Virus record (IMG/VR): IMGVR_UViG_3300044856_000108 | Coordinates: 1-43,331 of that record | Strand: one strand, 5' to 3' | Length of the DNA: 43,331 nucleotides | Source of the DNA: a virus | In this document: positions 41,402-43,331 of the stretch, one piece after another | Layout: each line of letters begins with the position of its first letter | Position numbering within the stretch: the stretch's first letter is position 1 | Notes under the pieces: model-generated | Told to the model about the DNA's origin: nothing | The model's input: only the letters and a program-made list of their open reading frames with translations | Database searches by the model: none | Position numbers and translations under genes: made by a program

Positions 41402-41852
41402 GACCGTCAGGAGAGTTTGCCTTGAACACGTCAAGGATTGGGGTTTCGGTTATTGCCGCAATCTCGAAGTCGGCGGAGGTGATGCGCATGTGGTTGTCGA
41501 AGCGTCGCAGGGCGGTGTGGAGGTCGGGAGCCTTGACGAGCGTGTGGCTCGCCTTGCGCTTCTCCTCTCCGGTCTTTTTATCGATGATGATGATGTAGTT
41601 GACCTTGAAGTCGAACCAGCGTCCGTCCTCGTCGGGGTCGTTCTCGTTCTCGACAATCTCGGCGATGTTGGATTTCTTTACGGCGTTTATCTCGAAATCG
41701 CCTTTGAGGTATGGTACGACTTCCTCGGTGGCTCTCGCCTCGGCCTCGGTGAAGCTCAAGGCGTCGATGAGATAGGTGTTTGTAACCGTCTTTTCCTTGC
41801 CGCTGTCTTGAATTTCCTTGCAGCGGACTTTTGTTTCAATGAATTGTGCCAT
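41373..41852 (-). CDS. DUF4494-like protein
   Basis: ...VTNTYLIDALSFTEAEARATEEVVPYLKGDFEI...DGRWFDFKVNYIIIDKKTGEEKR...LVKAPDLHTAL matches my recollection of this Bacteroidota-associated family. This is not verified. Confidence 0.5.
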   Translation of the reverse strand: MAQFIETKVRCKEIQDSGKEKTVTNTYLIDALSFTEAEARATEEVVPYLKGDFEINAVKKSNIAEIVENENDPDEDGRWFDFKVNYIIIIDKKTGEEKRKASHTLVKAPDLHTALRRFDNHMRITSADFEIAAITETPILDVFKANSPDGHGTANCHRH

Positions 41853-41855
41853 ATT

Positions 41856-42539
41856 TTATTGATTTTTAGATTTGTAATGAATGTTTCCAATAACGTGGAA
41901 ATCGAATTTTTTAAGCATTATTCCCAGAGGTGTCTGACCACCTTCCGGGAAGCCGGGCTCACGGAGTGCGAAAGCACATGTGTCCTTGTTCCAGATTACC
42001 GTGAAAACCAACCCGGTGCTACACTCGTAAAGGACATCGCCCTCGTGGATTTCAACCCCGTTGGCGTCTTTCGCCCCAATGCTGGCAACACCAGCATTGT
42101 CATTGAGCCAATCCTCTAACGAATAGGTCTTGACATATCGGGATTGCTTCTTGTCGAGGTAATCTTGGCAATACGCCAAGAAATCCTGCTGCTCTTTGAA
42201 TTGCAAGCTGCCAAAGAGTTGTCTGATGTCTGTTTCTTCTTTTCTCATAATTGTTTTTAAGCCCAAAAGTCGGGCGTAAGTCTCAAAATTTCTATTTTCC
42301 ACGGCTGCGTCTTGCGGATACCATGTGGGGTGGCGCTTTTTGAAATCTGCAAAGCATTTTTCGCAGAACCATTGATTTAGCACGGCAATGTAGTAGCCTT
42401 TGTAGTTGTGTGTCAATGCAATGTCACCGCAAAAGTCGCACATCGCCATAATCGGCATAGACGACGCGGTGGCTTTTTTTAATTCGTTGGCAGTGCATTC
42501 AATGATTTTGAATTTTCCGAATTTGATTTGTTTAGCCAT
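41856..42539 (-). CDS. YopX-domain protein with an N-terminal Cys-rich region
   Basis: The C-terminal ...GVEIHEGDVLY...FHVIGNIH is YopX-like. The N-terminus carries a CDFCGD...CEKC motif. Confidence 0.6.
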   Translation of the reverse strand: MAKQIKFGKFKIIECTANELKKATASSMPIMAMCDFCGDIALTHNYKGYYIAVLNQWFCEKCFADFKKRHPTWYPQDAAVENRNFETYARLLGLKTIMRKEETDIRQLFGSLQFKEQQDFLAYCQDYLDKKQSRYVKTYSLEDWLNDNAGVASIGAKDANGVEIHEGDVLYECSTGLVFTVIWNKDTCAFALREPGFPEGGQTPLGIMLKKFDFHVIGNIHYKSKNQ

Positions 42540-42625
42540 TTTTTTACAGTTCTTTAAAAATTGGAAAGTTTTAGAATAAAGTGATTAATGTCTTGTCCGT
42601 CTCAACTCCGAGAATGAAGTCGTTA

Positions 42626-42700
42626 ATAAAATTCCTTGCATATAGCGGTGTAATCCTCTCCGCTTATAGCTCCGCTGATGTAAACCGTCTTTTGGCTCAT
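42626..42700 (-). CDS. 24-aa ORF, a possible truncated remnant
   Basis: MSQKTVYISGAISGEDYTAICKEFY, with its ATG overlapping the repeat-protein stop as ATGA. It resembles the N-terminus of longer nucleoside-deoxyribosyltransferase-like proteins but stops early. Confidence 0.2.
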
Positions 42701-43331
42701 AGCGCGTCAACCTCCTTGAACTCTCCGTCAACCAGCCTATACCACGTGTCTGCCTTGATGCGCTCGCCGTCAACAAACTCTGTTTTGACGCACTTTGGAA
42801 CCAAATGGTCTTTTTCATCGTTATACTCCCATTCAGCCAGTGTTATCCACGAACCTACTTTGGCTTTGACCGCAGAGTTATGGCCTGCGCACATTATCAC
42901 GGAATCCTTGCCGCTGCTTCCGATTTTGGCGGAGTCGCCGCTGCTTCCGATTTTGGCGGAGTCGCCGCTGCTTCCGATTTGGGCGTAGTTGCCGCTGCTT
43001 CCGATTTGGGCGTAGTCGCCGCTGCTTCCGATTTTGGCGGAGTCGCCGCTGCTTCCGATTTGGGCGTAGTCGCCGCTGCTTCCGATTTGGGCGTAGTTGC
43101 CGCTGCTTCCGATTTGGGCGGAGTCGCCGCTGCTTCCGATTTTGGCGGAGTTGCCGCTGCTTCCGATTTGGGCACGGTCGCCGCTGCTTCCGATTTTGGC
43201 GGAGTCGCCGCTGCTTCCGATTTTGGCGGAGTCGCCGCTGCTTCCGATTTGGGCGTAGTTGCCGCTGCTTCCGATTTGGGCGTAGTCGCCGCTGCTTCCG
43301 ATTTTGGCGGAGTCGCCGCTGCTTCCGATTT
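42697..43331 (-). CDS. 3' part of the same tandem-repeat protein: repeats followed by a 67-aa C-terminal domain.
   Basis: The frame that gives ...DSAKIGSSGKDSVIMCAGHNSAVKAKVGSWITLAEWEYNDEKDHLVPKCVKTEFVDGERIKADTWYRLVDGEFKEVDAL with stop at 42697-42699 is the same frame as the listed ORF 42697..42900. It stays open through the repeats to 43331. It joins the frame of 1..929 exactly if the ends overlap by 19 or 46 nt. Confidence 0.75.
   Translation of the reverse strand, partial: IGSSGDSAKIGSSGDYAQIGSSGNYAQIGSSGDSAKIGSSGDSAKIGSSGDRAQIGSSGNSAKIGSSGDSAQIGSSGNYAQIGSSGDYAQIGSSGDSAKIGSSGDYAQIGSSGNYAQIGSSGDSAKIGSSGDSAKIGSSGKDSVIMCAGHNSAVKAKVGSWITLAEWEYNDEKDHLVPKCVKTEFVDGERIKADTWYRLVDGEFKEVDAL
42910..43331. 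repeat. Same 27-bp tandem repeat, 15 full units plus a 17-nt partial unit at the window end
   Basis: Unit order read from the sequence is DSAK, DSAK, NYAQ, DYAQ, DSAK, DYAQ, NYAQ, DSAQ, NSAK, DRAQ, DSAK, DSAK, NYAQ, DYAQ, DSAK. Units 1-5 have the same pattern as units 11-15, which is a higher-order repeat. Confidence 0.95.

Noticed and set aside
42897-43175. Minus-strand ORF translating the repeats as PKSEAAATP
   Set aside because: This is the wrong frame. It is not continuous with the flanking coding sequence, whereas the SGDSAKIGS frame runs uninterrupted into the 42697..42900 C-terminal domain and into 1..929.

Overview
The window reads as a complete, circularly permuted genome of about 43.3 kb from a temperate siphovirus-like phage. 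The host is probably a Bacteroidota species. That guess is an inference from the integrase type, the HTH proteins with a WLLxGEG motif, a DUF4494-like gene and TAnnTTTG -7 boxes.

The two window ends overlap by 19 or 46 nt inside a 27-bp tandem-repeat array. One minus-strand gene reads in frame across that junction. Almost all genes are on the minus strand and form one long series.

- Early, recombination and replication genes (9244 down to 1, then wrapping to 43331-39995): a RecT-like protein, an MBL-fold hydrolase, a Rad50/SbcC-like ATPase with a CxxC zinc hook, a replisome organizer with internal iterons, RuvC-like, DUF4494-like and YopX-like genes.
- Methylation and packaging genes (39849-32601): a ParB-domain DNA methyltransferase, an S-adenosylmethionine (SAM) decarboxylase-like gene, small and large terminase subunits, portal, and a MuF-like protein.
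- Head and tail genes (32218-17076): a lambda-like order of scaffold, decoration and capsid genes, head-tail joining genes, major tail protein, a tRNA, tail chaperones with a -1 frameshift site, tape measure, and tip and fiber proteins.
- Lysis cassette (16433-15078), sitting between fiber-like genes.

The plus strand carries only the lysogeny module (9419-12140) and an orphan HicB-like gene. The lysogeny module holds two HTH regulators, an attP-like tRNA-Ser 3' fragment and a tyrosine integrase.

The items most worth follow-up are:
- the repeat protein that spans the junction;
- the pyruvoyl-type SAM decarboxylase-like gene coupled to the methyltransferase and terminase genes;
- the low-GC C-terminal extension of MuF;
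- the initiator-like phage tRNA-Met;
- the attP architecture and a second tRNA-like remnant;
- the iterons inside the replication gene;
- a frame-split Gly-rich gene;
- a lipoprotein with a C-terminal membrane anchor.

All family assignments come from motifs I recognised by eye. No database search was run.
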